From the NCBI GenBank assembly GCA_965237875.1, contig CBDEGP010000001.1:1015790-1039789 (forward strand): DNA of 24,000 nucleotides, written 5' to 3'. The stretch comes from Dehalococcoidia bacterium. GTDB lineage: Bacteria > Chloroflexota > Dehalococcoidia > Lucifugimonadales > JAGWBF01. Positions 9,326-17,178 of the stretch are shown piece after piece. Numbering within the stretch: position 1 is the first letter of the stretch; each line of letters begins with the position of its first letter. The translations under genes and the position numbers were made by a program. The notes beneath the pieces were generated by a model. It ran no database searches, was not told the DNA's origin, and worked only from the letters and a program-made list of their open reading frames with translations.

Positions 9326-9354
9326 CTTGAACGGCCCGCGAATGGCCGCCGAAT

Positions 9355-10383
9355 TCAGGCGGGGGCCGCCGCGGAGGCCTTGCCCACCGCTTTGGCCACG
9401 GCCTTGACCTGCGGCATCAGTTCGGTGAAAGCGTCGAAGGTGAGCGCCTGGGCCCCGTCGCACTTTGCCACACTGGGATTGGGGTGGACGTCCACGATTA
9501 CACCGTGGGCCCCGGCCGCCACTGACGCAATGGTCATGGGACTTACGAGACTGGCCTTGCCGGTGCTGTGGCTGGGATCAGCCACCACGGGGAGATGACA
9601 CAGGTCCTTGATCACCGGCATAGCAGAGAGGTCAAGGGTGAACCTGGTGCCCGTTTCGAAGGTGCGTATGCCGCGCTCGCACAGGATTACCTCGTGGTTG
9701 CCTCCGGCCAGGATGTACTCGGCTGACAGCAGCCACTCCTCGTAGGACATGGAGAAGCCTCGTTTCAGAAGGACCGGCTTCCTCACCTTGCCCACTTCGT
9801 CCAACAGAGTGAAGTTTTGAGCGTTTCGCGTCCCTATCTGCAACATATCGGCATATTGGGCCACCATTTCCACGTCTTCGGGAGACATGACCTCGGTGAC
9901 TACCGGCAGGCCTGTCTCCTCTCGGGCTTTGGCCAGGAGTTGAAGGCCCTGAACGCCCATTCCGCGGAAGCTGTAGGGCGAAGACCTGGGCTTGAATGCG
10001 CCGCCTCTGAGAATAGTTGCGCCTTGGGCCTTGACCAGCTGGGCTGTGGAGATGACCTGCTTCTCGTCTTCCACGGCGCAAGGTCCGGCCATGACCACGA
10101 ATTCATCGCCGCCTACGGGCACGTCTCCCACTTTGATGATGGTGTCGTCGGGTTTGAATTCCCGGCTGCACAGCTTGTAGGGTTTGGATATGGGGACCAC
10201 GTCCAGCACCCCGTCCATTCGCGCCAGTTCATCCTTGAGCTCGGGAAAGATGGAACCCAACACACCCACGACGGTGCGTTCGGTCCCCTCCGAGACCTGG
10301 GCGTTCAATCCGTGGCCTGTGATTCTTCGCCGGACCTGGTCAAGGTCCGACTCGGAACTGTCTCTCCTCATTACGACGATCAT
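9355..10383 (-). CDS. aroF: 3-deoxy-7-phosphoheptulonate (DAHP) synthase, type I-beta, with N-terminal ACT/ferredoxin-like regulatory domain
   Basis: 342 aa. The catalytic core has '[17 protein letters not shown]', 'LLKRG' and 'DPSH', typical of the KDO8PS-like I-beta class. About 70 N-terminal residues ([17 protein letters not shown]...VVGVLG) resemble the Thermotoga-type regulatory domain. Confidence 0.9.
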   Translation of the reverse strand: MIVVMRRDSSESDLDQVRRRITGHGLNAQVSEGTERTVVGVLGSIFPELKDELARMDGVLDVVPISKPYKLCSREFKPDDTIIKVGDVPVGGDEFVVMAGPCAVEDEKQVISTAQLVKAQGATILRGGAFKPRSSPYSFRGMGVQGLQLLAKAREETGLPVVTEVMSPEDVEMVAQYADMLQIGTRNAQNFTLLDEVGKVRKPVLLKRGFSMSYEEWLLSAEYILAGGNHEVILCERGIRTFETGTRFTLDLSAMPVIKDLCHLPVVADPSHSTGKASLVSPMTIASVAAGAHGVIVDVHPNPSVAKCDGAQALTFDAFTELMPQVKAVAKAVGKASAAAPA

Positions 10384-10429
10384 GTTGGTTATCCTTCCTG
10401 CCGGCTGTTATTGACTCTTGACTCGGTGA

Positions 10430-10801
10430 TCAGGACGCCTCCAGCGTCTGGACCCGGAGGTTTACGGCCCCGTTTAGATAGACGTTCACCAGTTCCGCCG
10501 GTTGCTTCTCGGTGTTCACCAGCAGCAATATGCGAATGCATAGCGGCAGACTTCCCGGGACGTCGATCTCATGGCTGCACATCAGGGCTGTAGTGTCCCA
10601 GCCCATCTCCCTGACCGCGGTGGCCGGGTAGGCTGCGTTCAGGTCCAAAGTGGTGGTGAAAAAAGCCGCCGAGACTTGTTCCTTTTCCGTATCGTTGGCT
10701 TGAACGATCTCGTTGAAAAGCTCTCGGGTGGCCGCAAAAATCGCCTCCCGCGTGTTCTCGGTCACCGTCGTAGCGCCTCTGATGCCTCGGCATGCCATCA
10801 T
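10430..10801 (-). CDS. aroH: Chorismate mutase, AroH class
   Basis: 123 aa. The N-terminal 'CRGIRGATTV' is the AroH-class signature, and the size matches the monofunctional enzyme. Its ATG overlaps the trpA stop (ATGA). Confidence 0.88.
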   Translation of the reverse strand: MMACRGIRGATTVTENTREAIFAATRELFNEIVQANDTEKEQVSAAFFTTTLDLNAAYPATAVREMGWDTTALMCSHEIDVPGSLPLCIRILLLVNTEKQPAELVNVYLNGAVNLRVQTLEAS

Positions 10802-11712
10802 GGTGCCGGACTCCCGCTGATCGGGATATTGTCGCCCTTCAGGCCCCGGACGTACTCCTGGGCCCGCTGCACCATCTCGCTCCGGGGCGATTCCATGACA
10901 ACCCTCATCAATCCGCTGCCGACAACTGCGGCGTCGGCATGGCCTTTCAACGCTTCCACGTGGTCCCTGCGGGATATTCCGAAGCCTACGGCAAGGGGTA
11001 GAGAGGTATGCTTCCGCACTCTCCTGAGCAGGTCGAACACCCCTTCCGGCAGGCTTTCCCTGACGCCTGTGACTCCCGTCAGGCTGACGCAGTAGATGAA
11101 GCCCGATGCGCTGTCGCAGGCCAATTGAATCCGGCTGTCGACGCTGGTTGGCGCTAGAAGATGCACCACGTCAAGAGACGCCGCCCGGCATTCGTCCATC
11201 AGGGGTCCGGCTTCGTCGGGCGGCAGGTCCGGAACGATGACGCCGTCGAGTCCCGCTTGGTTGGAGTCCCGGGCGAACTTCTGTAACCCGTAGCTAAGGA
11301 AGGGGTTGTAGTAGCCAAAAAGAAGCAGGGGCGTATCGGGCATTCTGGGCCGCAACCTGGCCGTCAGCTTTATGCAGTCGTCCAGCGTCACGTTATTCAG
11401 GAGAGCCTGATGGCTTGTCTCCTGGATGGTGGTCCCATCGGCCAACGGGTCGCTGAAGGGCACTCCCAACTCGATGATGTCGGCGCCGGACTCCGCCAGG
11501 GCCGGGACCAATTCTTCGGTGGCGTCCATGTCGGGATAGCCGACCGTGGCATAGAGAATTATGCCTGTGCGGCCTTCCCGGTCCAATTCCTGGAATTTGC
11601 TCTTGATCCTGCTGGCGTACACGGTGTTAGGAGCGGTTGACTCATATATGAAAGGCGACGGTCGCCGATTGTCACCGGACAGTATATCACATGAAGGAGC
11701 GCCGCTCCGCAA
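10798..11712 (-). CDS. trpA: Tryptophan synthase alpha chain (ORF maximum; functional start probably GTG at 11622)
   Basis: Carries the canonical TrpA active-site loop 'ELGVPFSDPLADGTTIQ' plus 'GFGIS'. The TTG-initiated ORF gives 304 aa, about 30 aa longer than usual. The extension covers a palindrome and an extended -10 motif, so GTG 11622 (274 aa) is more plausible. Confidence 0.88.
   Translation of the reverse strand: MRSGAPSCDILSGDNRRPSPFIYESTAPNTVYASRIKSKFQELDREGRTGIILYATVGYPDMDATEELVPALAESGADIIELGVPFSDPLADGTTIQETSHQALLNNVTLDDCIKLTARLRPRMPDTPLLLFGYYNPFLSYGLQKFARDSNQAGLDGVIVPDLPPDEAGPLMDECRAASLDVVHLLAPTSVDSRIQLACDSASGFIYCVSLTGVTGVRESLPEGVFDLLRRVRKHTSLPLAVGFGISRRDHVEALKGHADAAVVGSGLMRVVMESPRSEMVQRAQEYVRGLKGDNIPISGSPAP
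11681..11689 (-). promoter_or_regulatory. Candidate extended -10 promoter (TGATATACT) for trpA-aroH-aroF
   Basis: The minus strand reads TG-A-TATACT. It is followed by the small palindrome GGCGAC-C-GTCGCC (11654-11666) and then GTG 11622. No good -35 was seen. Confidence 0.3.
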
Positions 11713-11767
11713 TTCCCCGCTTCAAGCAGGGTCTTTCGATACCCAGATGCCTTGTTTGCCCCGTTCG

Positions 11768-11846
11768 TGGTGAGCCAGTCGAACCACCCTTCGACAAGCT
11801 TTCAAGTAACTGCTTTCGGATGGGCCTGGGCGACCGCCGGTCGCCC
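11768..11846. repeat. Two short GC-rich repeat/hairpin elements (PFDKL-type element and GGGCGACC-GCC-GGTCGCCC hairpin)
   Basis: 11768-11800 is GTGGTGAGCCAGTCGAACCACCCTTCGACAAGCT. 11828-11846 is the hairpin GGGCGACC/GGTCGCCC. Both belong to widely recurring intergenic repeat types that translate to 'SNHPFDKL' and 'GRPPVAP/GDRRSP' pseudo-peptides. Confidence 0.55.
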
Positions 11847-12122
11847 CTACGACAGACCAAGGCCCCCTCCCCCAGAGGCTTCAACGAAGAGTTGGCAGAG
11901 AGCATCCGTCGGCTCGCCAAGCGTGACGGAACCTCTCTCAATCAGGCGGCTCTAAAGCTGCTCCGCAAGGGAGCCGGTCTAACGGACGGCAAGGGAAACC
12001 CGGGAGCGATAGGCTCTTCATTAGACGACCTGTTCGGTGCATGGAGCCCCGAAGAGGCGAAATCATTCAACGCTGCCCTTGACATCTTCGAATTGGTGGA
12101 TGAGTCGGCCTGGGATGCCTAA
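11820..12122 (+). CDS. Ribbon-helix-helix (CopG/VapB-like) antitoxin-like protein, orphan and possibly degenerate
   Basis: 'FNEELAESIRRLAKRDGTSLNQAALKLLRKGAGL' has the helix-turn-helix part of an RHH fold. The acidic tail '...WSPEEAKSFNAALDIFELVDESAWDA' resembles VapB-type antitoxins. ATG 11820 was chosen because the upstream part of the 143-aa ORF is made of repeat elements. No toxin gene follows. Confidence 0.5.
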   Translation: MGLGDRRSPLRQTKAPSPRGFNEELAESIRRLAKRDGTSLNQAALKLLRKGAGLTDGKGNPGAIGSSLDDLFGAWSPEEAKSFNAALDIFELVDESAWDA

Positions 12123-12139
12123 TGAGGTGTGTCTCTAAG

Positions 12140-12919
12140 CTATATCGTGACGGCGAGGGCCAGACCGTTTTGGAGGGCGTGGGCGATGAAGGGAGGCCAG
12201 ATGGAACTGGTCTTGTGATAGAGCCAGGCCAGCAGCGCTCCGGTTACGAATATGGGCAGCATCACCTTTGGGTCTACGTGAAAAACGGCGAAAATCGCCC
12301 CGCTGGCGGCCAACGCCCACCCCAGCCCCAAACGGGCGTACAGCGCCGGAAAGATGAAGCCCCTGAAGAACACTTCTTCCGTAAAGGGAGCTATTATCAC
12401 AACCATAAGGGCGGAGGCCACAACCCCCGCGCCGCCAAGAATTGCATCCTCGGCGAGCCCTTGTTCAGGCTGGAGGCTCTCCAATCCAGCCGCTTTCAGA
12501 ATCGCTGTGTAGACGGCGATGAACGCTATGCTTCCGCCCAACGCCAGGATAGTGTATGCCAGCTGGGCCGGAGGTCTTTGAGTTGGCAGACGCAGTCCGA
12601 GGGAGCTTAGCGGCAGCCCGAAGCTCAGGGGGCCCAGCCAATAGGAAACGACCATCTGCACCGTTCCCAGCACGCCTCCCAGCGCCAGCAGGGAGACGGC
12701 TGGACTGATGTCCCCTATCGAACTTTCGTATATCCAATGGAGAACCAGGAGGGCCACGCCGGCCAGGATGACGGCGGCGATCCCCGCGACGGTGTAGGTG
12801 AGAGTCCAAGGTACGCCGGTGTAGACAGAGTTGTCGGAAGGCCCGGGAGCGCTGGGCGCGGTGTGGAGGTCAGGCTTCAGATTGGGGTCGGGCGTTTCGT
12901 CCCCGGGCCCACTGCTCAA
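12140..12919 (-). CDS. CPBP family intramembrane glutamic endopeptidase (CAAX protease/Abi family)
   Basis: 259 aa and multi-pass hydrophobic. CPBP motifs: 'FTEEVFFRG' (EExxxR), 'FAVFH' (FxxxH) and 'AHALQN' (HxxxN). The TTG start overlaps the upstream stop (TTGA). Pro-rich N-terminal tail. Confidence 0.85.
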   Translation of the reverse strand: MSSGPGDETPDPNLKPDLHTAPSAPGPSDNSVYTGVPWTLTYTVAGIAAVILAGVALLVLHWIYESSIGDISPAVSLLALGGVLGTVQMVVSYWLGPLSFGLPLSSLGLRLPTQRPPAQLAYTILALGGSIAFIAVYTAILKAAGLESLQPEQGLAEDAILGGAGVVASALMVVIIAPFTEEVFFRGFIFPALYARLGLGWALAASGAIFAVFHVDPKVMLPIFVTGALLAWLYHKTSSIWPPFIAHALQNGLALAVTI

Positions 12920-13257
12920 GAGGACTCCTGCTCGGACAGCCCTTCATCGGAGAAGAAAGGCTGGTCCCAGCCGGGGTCGTCCCGTCCCAAAAGGTGTGAG
13001 TTGTACAGCCTGCACGCCCTGAGCCACAGGAGTATGGCGGCACTGCGGACCTGTTCACGAGACTTGGTCATGCGTCCGTCCCGTCGCTTTACCCATTCGG
13101 TGTGGCCGGTTTCCAGGAACTCCAGGAACCATCTGGTCGGCTCCTCATCGTAGCTGGATACGTGGAGCGCTTCCGTGGGAATGTCGCGGGACAAGACGCC
13201 TGGATTCTCTACAGCCATGCGGAGGAGGTCTTCCTCCTTTTGCCGGTCCATGGTCAT
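12916..13257 (-). CDS. Hypothetical protein (113 aa, soluble, no recognisable family)
   Basis: ATG-initiated ORF with balanced amino-acid composition and G/C-biased third positions. The competing plus-strand ORFs are R/G/S-rich shadows. 4-nt overlap with the CPBP gene. Confidence 0.55.
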   Translation of the reverse strand: MTMDRQKEEDLLRMAVENPGVLSRDIPTEALHVSSYDEEPTRWFLEFLETGHTEWVKRRDGRMTKSREQVRSAAILLWLRACRLYNSHLLGRDDPGWDQPFFSDEGLSEQESS

Positions 13258-13290
13258 GGGGTCCGAGTCCTCAACGTTCAGGGCGGCGGA

Positions 13291-14334
13291 TCACAGGTTG
13301 AACTGGGGTTCCATGTAGTCTTTGACCTTGTTGTAAATCTGGATACGGCGGCGCTGCGGCTCTGTAATCATAAGGCGGTTCCTGGCCTTGTCGAAGTCTA
13401 TGCCGGTGGGCATGGCCAGCTTCCATTCAGGCTCCTGGCTCTCCACGCGCCGCCATGCCTTGTACACGTCGGCGTTGGCCTCGAGGGTCCCTCTGTGCCA
13501 CTTGGACATCACCTGAGCGTCTCCCACGAACTGGGTGATGAAGAAGCCGTCATTGCCATAGACATTGACCCGGTGGTTCTTCCAGTCGCAGACGTATACG
13601 TCCCCGTCGTTGTCCACTGACACTGCCGACGGGCGTTGCAACTGGCCTTTGCCTGTGCCATAGCCGCCGTAGACCTCCAGGGATCGACCGTCCGGGCTGA
13701 ACTTCTGGGCGCGGTGGTTCTTGTGGTCGGCGATGTAGATGTTCCCATCTGAGTCGGCGGCCATGCCCCAGGGCGAGTCCAACTCGCCTTGAGCGGACCC
13801 ATGACTTCCCCACTTGTCGAGGAATGCGCCGTCGGGTGAGAACTTCTGGACCCTGTGATTATAGGTGTCCCCAACCCAGACGTTGTCGTCGGGGTCCACT
13901 GCGATCCCCGACGGTCTGGACAGCTCTCCGTCGCCAGAACCTTCCCTGCCCCAGACTGCGATGAATTTTCCCTCTTTGTCCCACACGGAAACCCGGTTCA
14001 TCCACTCGTCGGTGACGTATACGTTTGACTTGCTGTCCAGTGCGATGCAGCCGGGCCAGATGAGCTTGCCCGGCTGGTCGCCGTAGCCTCCGAACTCTCC
14101 GACGAACTCCTCTTCCTCGACCACGGAGGTGATGGTGAGCATGCCTACCCTGGCCTGGGAGGCGGTCTTCGTCCAGTGAACGTTTGATATCTGCTCGGAC
14201 TGCTTGGTCAGGACGTATACCGTATCGTCCTGACCGACTGCCAGGTCCACTGGGTATAGCCCAAGCTGTGGCCCGCCGCCTACGGCAAAGGCGAAATCAA
14301 AGGTCCGGCCTACTGCGGTCTGGGTAAGGGCCAT
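13291..14334 (-). CDS. NHL-repeat six-bladed beta-propeller protein
   Basis: 347 aa. At least four clear NHL repeats, e.g. 'LSRPSGIAVDPDDNVWVGDTYNHRVQKFSPDGAF', 'LDSPWGMAADSDGNIYIADHKNHRAQKFSPDGRS' and 'LQRPSAVSVDNDGDVYVCDWKNHRVNVYGNDG', plus two divergent blades. AGGAGG lies 7 nt before the ATG. No signal peptide. Confidence 0.88.
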   Translation of the reverse strand: MALTQTAVGRTFDFAFAVGGGPQLGLYPVDLAVGQDDTVYVLTKQSEQISNVHWTKTASQARVGMLTITSVVEEEEFVGEFGGYGDQPGKLIWPGCIALDSKSNVYVTDEWMNRVSVWDKEGKFIAVWGREGSGDGELSRPSGIAVDPDDNVWVGDTYNHRVQKFSPDGAFLDKWGSHGSAQGELDSPWGMAADSDGNIYIADHKNHRAQKFSPDGRSLEVYGGYGTGKGQLQRPSAVSVDNDGDVYVCDWKNHRVNVYGNDGFFITQFVGDAQVMSKWHRGTLEANADVYKAWRRVESQEPEWKLAMPTGIDFDKARNRLMITEPQRRRIQIYNKVKDYMEPQFNL

Positions 14335-14363
14335 TTGGCGCCTCCTACGGTGTTACACATACT

Positions 14364-14425
14364 CCCTCTCCCTTGACGGGAGAGGGTTGGAGCCTGCCCT
14401 GAGCCTGCCGAAGGCGTGAGGGTGA
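14364..14425. repeat. GC-rich hairpin repeat, family 1, copy A
   Basis: CCCTCTCCC-TTGAC-GGGAGAGGG followed by TTGGAGCCTGCCCTGAGCCTGCCGAAGGCGTGAGGGTGA. It fills the DUF1501-NHL intergenic gap and aligns closely with the copy at 17234-17297. Confidence 0.75.
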
Positions 14426-14430
14426 CTTTC

Positions 14431-15561
14431 CTACCCCAGAAAGGCGGGCTTCTCGAAGTTCCCTTCCACTATGGGCGTCGGGTCGAGCTGCAGCCAGTCT
14501 TCCAGGATCGTGGAGTAGACCCCTCTGAAGTCGGCGCTGGGGACCAGGTCTCCCTGCTCCAGGTCGGGCTGTTTGAGGGAGGGGTACTCGCCGTATTGGC
14601 CGCCCTTCACGGCGGAGCCGATGACCATACAGGGGCCGGCTGCGCCGTGGTCGGACCCCGAGCCGTTGTCGTGGACCCGGCGTCCGAACTCGGAGAAGAC
14701 GAGCATGATCACGTTGTCCGCCGCGCCGTGTTCCTTCAGGTCGGCGAAGAAAGCGTCGGTGGCCTGGGAGACCTCCTGCCACAGAGTGGCGTGGGTGGGA
14801 AGCTGGTACGAGTGGGTGTCGAAGCTGCCGTGGTCCGCGTAGAAGACACGGGTCCCAAGGTCGGCCATGTGCACCTGTGCAATCCCCTTCATCTTCTTGG
14901 CGAGCGCCGTGTCGGGATACTCGACGTTGGATGAGTACTTCTGGGGCGCCACGGCCAGGATGTCGGCGCCTGCCAGGGAGTCGAGGCCCGTTTGGCCCAG
15001 GTAGTCCATGACCGGGCCGGAGCCCACGGCGGGGGAGTAGAGGCGCGCGAACCTCTCGAGAATGGCGTTGCGCTGCTTCTGCTCGGAGATTCCCGGCAGG
15101 AAACCGTAGGTGTCCAGGTCGTCAACGCAGGCAACGGGCACTCCGGGGAAGACCAGGGCCCTGAAAAGGCTGGGGCCGAAGCTTACCGTGGTCACCACGT
15201 TTTCCTTGTTGGGGTCGATCTCCCTGGTGGCCCGTCCCAGCCATCCCTCGGTGCCCAACTTGTCCGGCTCGCAGGTGTGCCAGATGTCCATGGAGCGGAA
15301 GTGGGATCTGGGGGAGTTGGGGTATCCCACGCCGTGGATGATGGCCACCTCGCCCTGGCGGTATAAGTCCGCCATCTCGCCCATGCTGGGGTGAAACCCT
15401 ATGTCGTCGTCCAGCTTGTGGACTTTTTCCTGGTCCACCCTAACGACGGGGCGGTTGTCATAGTACAGGGAGTTGGTGTAGGGGACCACGCAGTTGAGAT
15501 AGTCGTTGCCTCCCGTCAGCTGCATGACCACCAGGACCGGGTCTTTCTTGCTCGTTGCCAT
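14431..15561 (-). CDS. DUF1501 domain-containing protein (sulfatase/alkaline-phosphatase superfamily), no signal peptide
   Basis: 'VLVVMQLTGGNDYLN', 'FSEFGRR' and 'DHG' patterns are typical of DUF1501. The start is set at ATG 15561 (AGGAGG 5 nt upstream) because the longer ORF to 15645 runs into repeat hairpins. Confidence 0.85.
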   Translation of the reverse strand: MATSKKDPVLVVMQLTGGNDYLNCVVPYTNSLYYDNRPVVRVDQEKVHKLDDDIGFHPSMGEMADLYRQGEVAIIHGVGYPNSPRSHFRSMDIWHTCEPDKLGTEGWLGRATREIDPNKENVVTTVSFGPSLFRALVFPGVPVACVDDLDTYGFLPGISEQKQRNAILERFARLYSPAVGSGPVMDYLGQTGLDSLAGADILAVAPQKYSSNVEYPDTALAKKMKGIAQVHMADLGTRVFYADHGSFDTHSYQLPTHATLWQEVSQATDAFFADLKEHGAADNVIMLVFSEFGRRVHDNGSGSDHGAAGPCMVIGSAVKGGQYGEYPSLKQPDLEQGDLVPSADFRGVYSTILEDWLQLDPTPIVEGNFEKPAFLG

Positions 15562-15603
15562 TGCGCCCTCCTCTTGCTCCGAGGCATGCCCCTCAACTGT
15601 TGC

Positions 15604-15693
15604 CCTCACCCCAGCCCTCTCCCGGCGGGAGAGGGAGTTAAGCACGCGCGCTGCGCCCCCTCTCCCAGGGGGAGAGGGGCCGGGGGTGAGGGG
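15604..15693. repeat. Compound GC-rich hairpin repeat (family 1-related, copy B): two inner hairpins nested in an outer stem
   Basis: The outer arms are CCCTCACCCC (15604-15613) and GGGGTGAGGG (15684-15693). The inner hairpins are CCCTCTCCC-GGC-GGGAGAGGG (15616-15636) and CCCCTCTCCC-AGG-GGGAGAGGGG (15656-15678). It occupies the DUF1800-DUF1501 gap. Confidence 0.75.
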
Positions 15694-15697
15694 CTCT

Positions 15698-17104
15698 TTA
15701 TGCGTATTGATAGTCCCGCAGGGAAACGATGACCTGCAGCAGCTCGGTCACGCGGAGCGTGGACGCGGCGGCTTCGTCATCGTCGTCCCATCTCAAGGCG
15801 CCTTCCTGGGCGGCGTGGCCCAGCAGCTCCTCCCTGGAGGCGGAGTCCACTTCCAGGGGGCCCATCAGACTCAGAAGGGTGTCCACCACTGCTCCGGGGG
15901 ACTGGTCGTCCTGGTTCCTGACGCGGTCGATGATCTTCATCACGCCGGGTTTGGCGCTGTCCCCGTACATGTCGGCGCTGAAGTTGATCCTGCGCATCAG
16001 AGACCCGCTGTTGATCCACTCCTTGCCGGTGTGCCATCCCTCCACGCTGGGCGGGTTGAGCAGGTCCTGGCCCATGTAGCTGTATTGGCGGGACATGTTG
16101 CCGATGCCCGGGAATGGGAACTCGTAGCCCTCGACCTGCCGCAGGGTCCCGACCACCACTTCCGTGGGGCTCTTGATGCGGGAGAAACGGGCGTTCTTGA
16201 AGAAGTCGGAGTTGAACAGCGTGCGGAGGACTGTTTTCATGTCGTAGCCGGACTCGACGAAAGACTTGGAGAGGACCTCTATCGCCTCCGGGTCCCTCGG
16301 CGGCGTCACCGACCATGCCGGGACCTGCGGCTCGTCGGCCACGAAGAAGTTGTACAGGTGGCGGGCCACGAAATTGGCGGTGGCCGGCTGGCGGCAGATG
16401 ATGTCTATGACATCCTCGCCGTTGAAATTGCCCACCTGCCCCAGGAACTCCTTCTCCGTGTTGTCGTGGAACTCCTCTTTGTACTCGAACTCCCACTCGA
16501 AACGGCCCATGGGGAACCGGGGCAGCATATACTTTATGCTCCAGCCGGTGAAGGCCCTGGAGCACTCGTACACGTCCTTCTCCGTGTAGTTGCCCACGCC
16601 CATGGAGAAGAGCTCCAGAAGCTCGCGGCCCCAGTTTTCGTTGACTGCGTAGTTGTGGTTCTCGATGTTGTCCAGCCAGTGAAGCATGGCCGGGTTCTTG
16701 GCCACGTCCACCAGCAGCTCTTTGTAGCTGCCCAGCCCCTTCTCCCGGAACAGGTCCACCATGACCATGATCTCGTAATACTGGTCGACCTTTGACACTC
16801 CCGTGGCGAATATCTGGTGCCAGAAGAGGGACATCTTCTCCTGGAGGGGCGCCTTGGAGTTGAGCATGTAGAAGAGCCAGGGGGTGGACCCGAACCCCAA
16901 CACGGTGCCAATCTTCCAGGTCCACGGGTGGTAGCGGTAGAGGTCGTATATGTCCACGGGTTCCTGAAGCTCCGGGTTAAGGAACTCCTCCACCGTGGCC
17001 TCGTAGCCCTTGGCGGCGCGGGCCTCCAGCTCTTCCAGGGATGCGCCGAACCCTGCGCGGCGCATCAGGTGGGCCATCAATGCTATGTCGTCTTTGTTCG
17101 CCAC
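15698..17104 (-). CDS. DUF1800 domain-containing protein, no signal peptide
   Basis: 468 aa. The N-terminal 'HLMRRAGFGASLEELE' and internal 'HWLDN..N....NENWGRELLELFSMGVGNYTE.DV...SRAFTGW' are typical DUF1800 motifs. GTG start with AGGAGGTG 5 nt upstream. Confidence 0.85.
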   Translation of the reverse strand: MANKDDIALMAHLMRRAGFGASLEELEARAAKGYEATVEEFLNPELQEPVDIYDLYRYHPWTWKIGTVLGFGSTPWLFYMLNSKAPLQEKMSLFWHQIFATGVSKVDQYYEIMVMVDLFREKGLGSYKELLVDVAKNPAMLHWLDNIENHNYAVNENWGRELLELFSMGVGNYTEKDVYECSRAFTGWSIKYMLPRFPMGRFEWEFEYKEEFHDNTEKEFLGQVGNFNGEDVIDIICRQPATANFVARHLYNFFVADEPQVPAWSVTPPRDPEAIEVLSKSFVESGYDMKTVLRTLFNSDFFKNARFSRIKSPTEVVVGTLRQVEGYEFPFPGIGNMSRQYSYMGQDLLNPPSVEGWHTGKEWINSGSLMRRINFSADMYGDSAKPGVMKIIDRVRNQDDQSPGAVVDTLLSLMGPLEVDSASREELLGHAAQEGALRWDDDDEAAASTLRVTELLQVIVSLRDYQYA

Positions 17105-17178
17105 GTATCCACCTCCTCCAAGGGATTTTCGCTATGGGCGCCAGGCCCCGCCTCTCCCGCGGGCGCCTGTTGCCTGAC

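Noticed and set aside
11691-11819. The 5' part of the 143-aa ORF (MKERRSAIPRFKQGLSIPRCLVCPVRGEPVEPPFDKLSS...) as genuine coding sequence.
   Set aside because: It is built from recognisable intergenic repeat elements (PFDKL-type and a GGGCGACC hairpin). It also overlaps the trpA upstream/promoter region on the other strand. Only the part from ATG 11820 looks protein-like.
12122-12610. ORF 12122-12610 (+, 162 aa) starting at the TAATG junction, as the missing toxin partner of the RHH antitoxin.
   Set aside because: It lies entirely antisense to the well-supported CPBP protease gene. It is R/G/Q-rich, and it shows no PIN, RelE or other toxin motifs.
15562-15645. The N-terminal extension of the DUF1501 ORF (MLNSLSRRERAGVRATVEGH...) superficially resembles a twin-arginine signal.
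   Set aside because: The 'SRRERAG' peptide is encoded by the CCCTCTCCC/GGGAGAGGG hairpin repeat, and no hydrophobic h-region follows. A strong AGGAGG-N5-ATG start exists at 15561.
15506-16795. Long antisense or alternative-frame ORFs inside confidently assigned genes. Examples: 15506-16795 (+, 429 aa) and 15777-16925 (-, 382 aa) within DUF1800; 19644-20837 (-, 397 aa) within tcuA-like; 7296-8108 (+) within tyrS; 4798-5559 (+) within serA; 9817-10593 (+) within aroF.
   Set aside because: Their translations are R/G/P/H-rich and low-complexity with no motifs. They are the stop-poor shadow frames expected in high-GC DNA opposite or offset from genes with clear family signatures.
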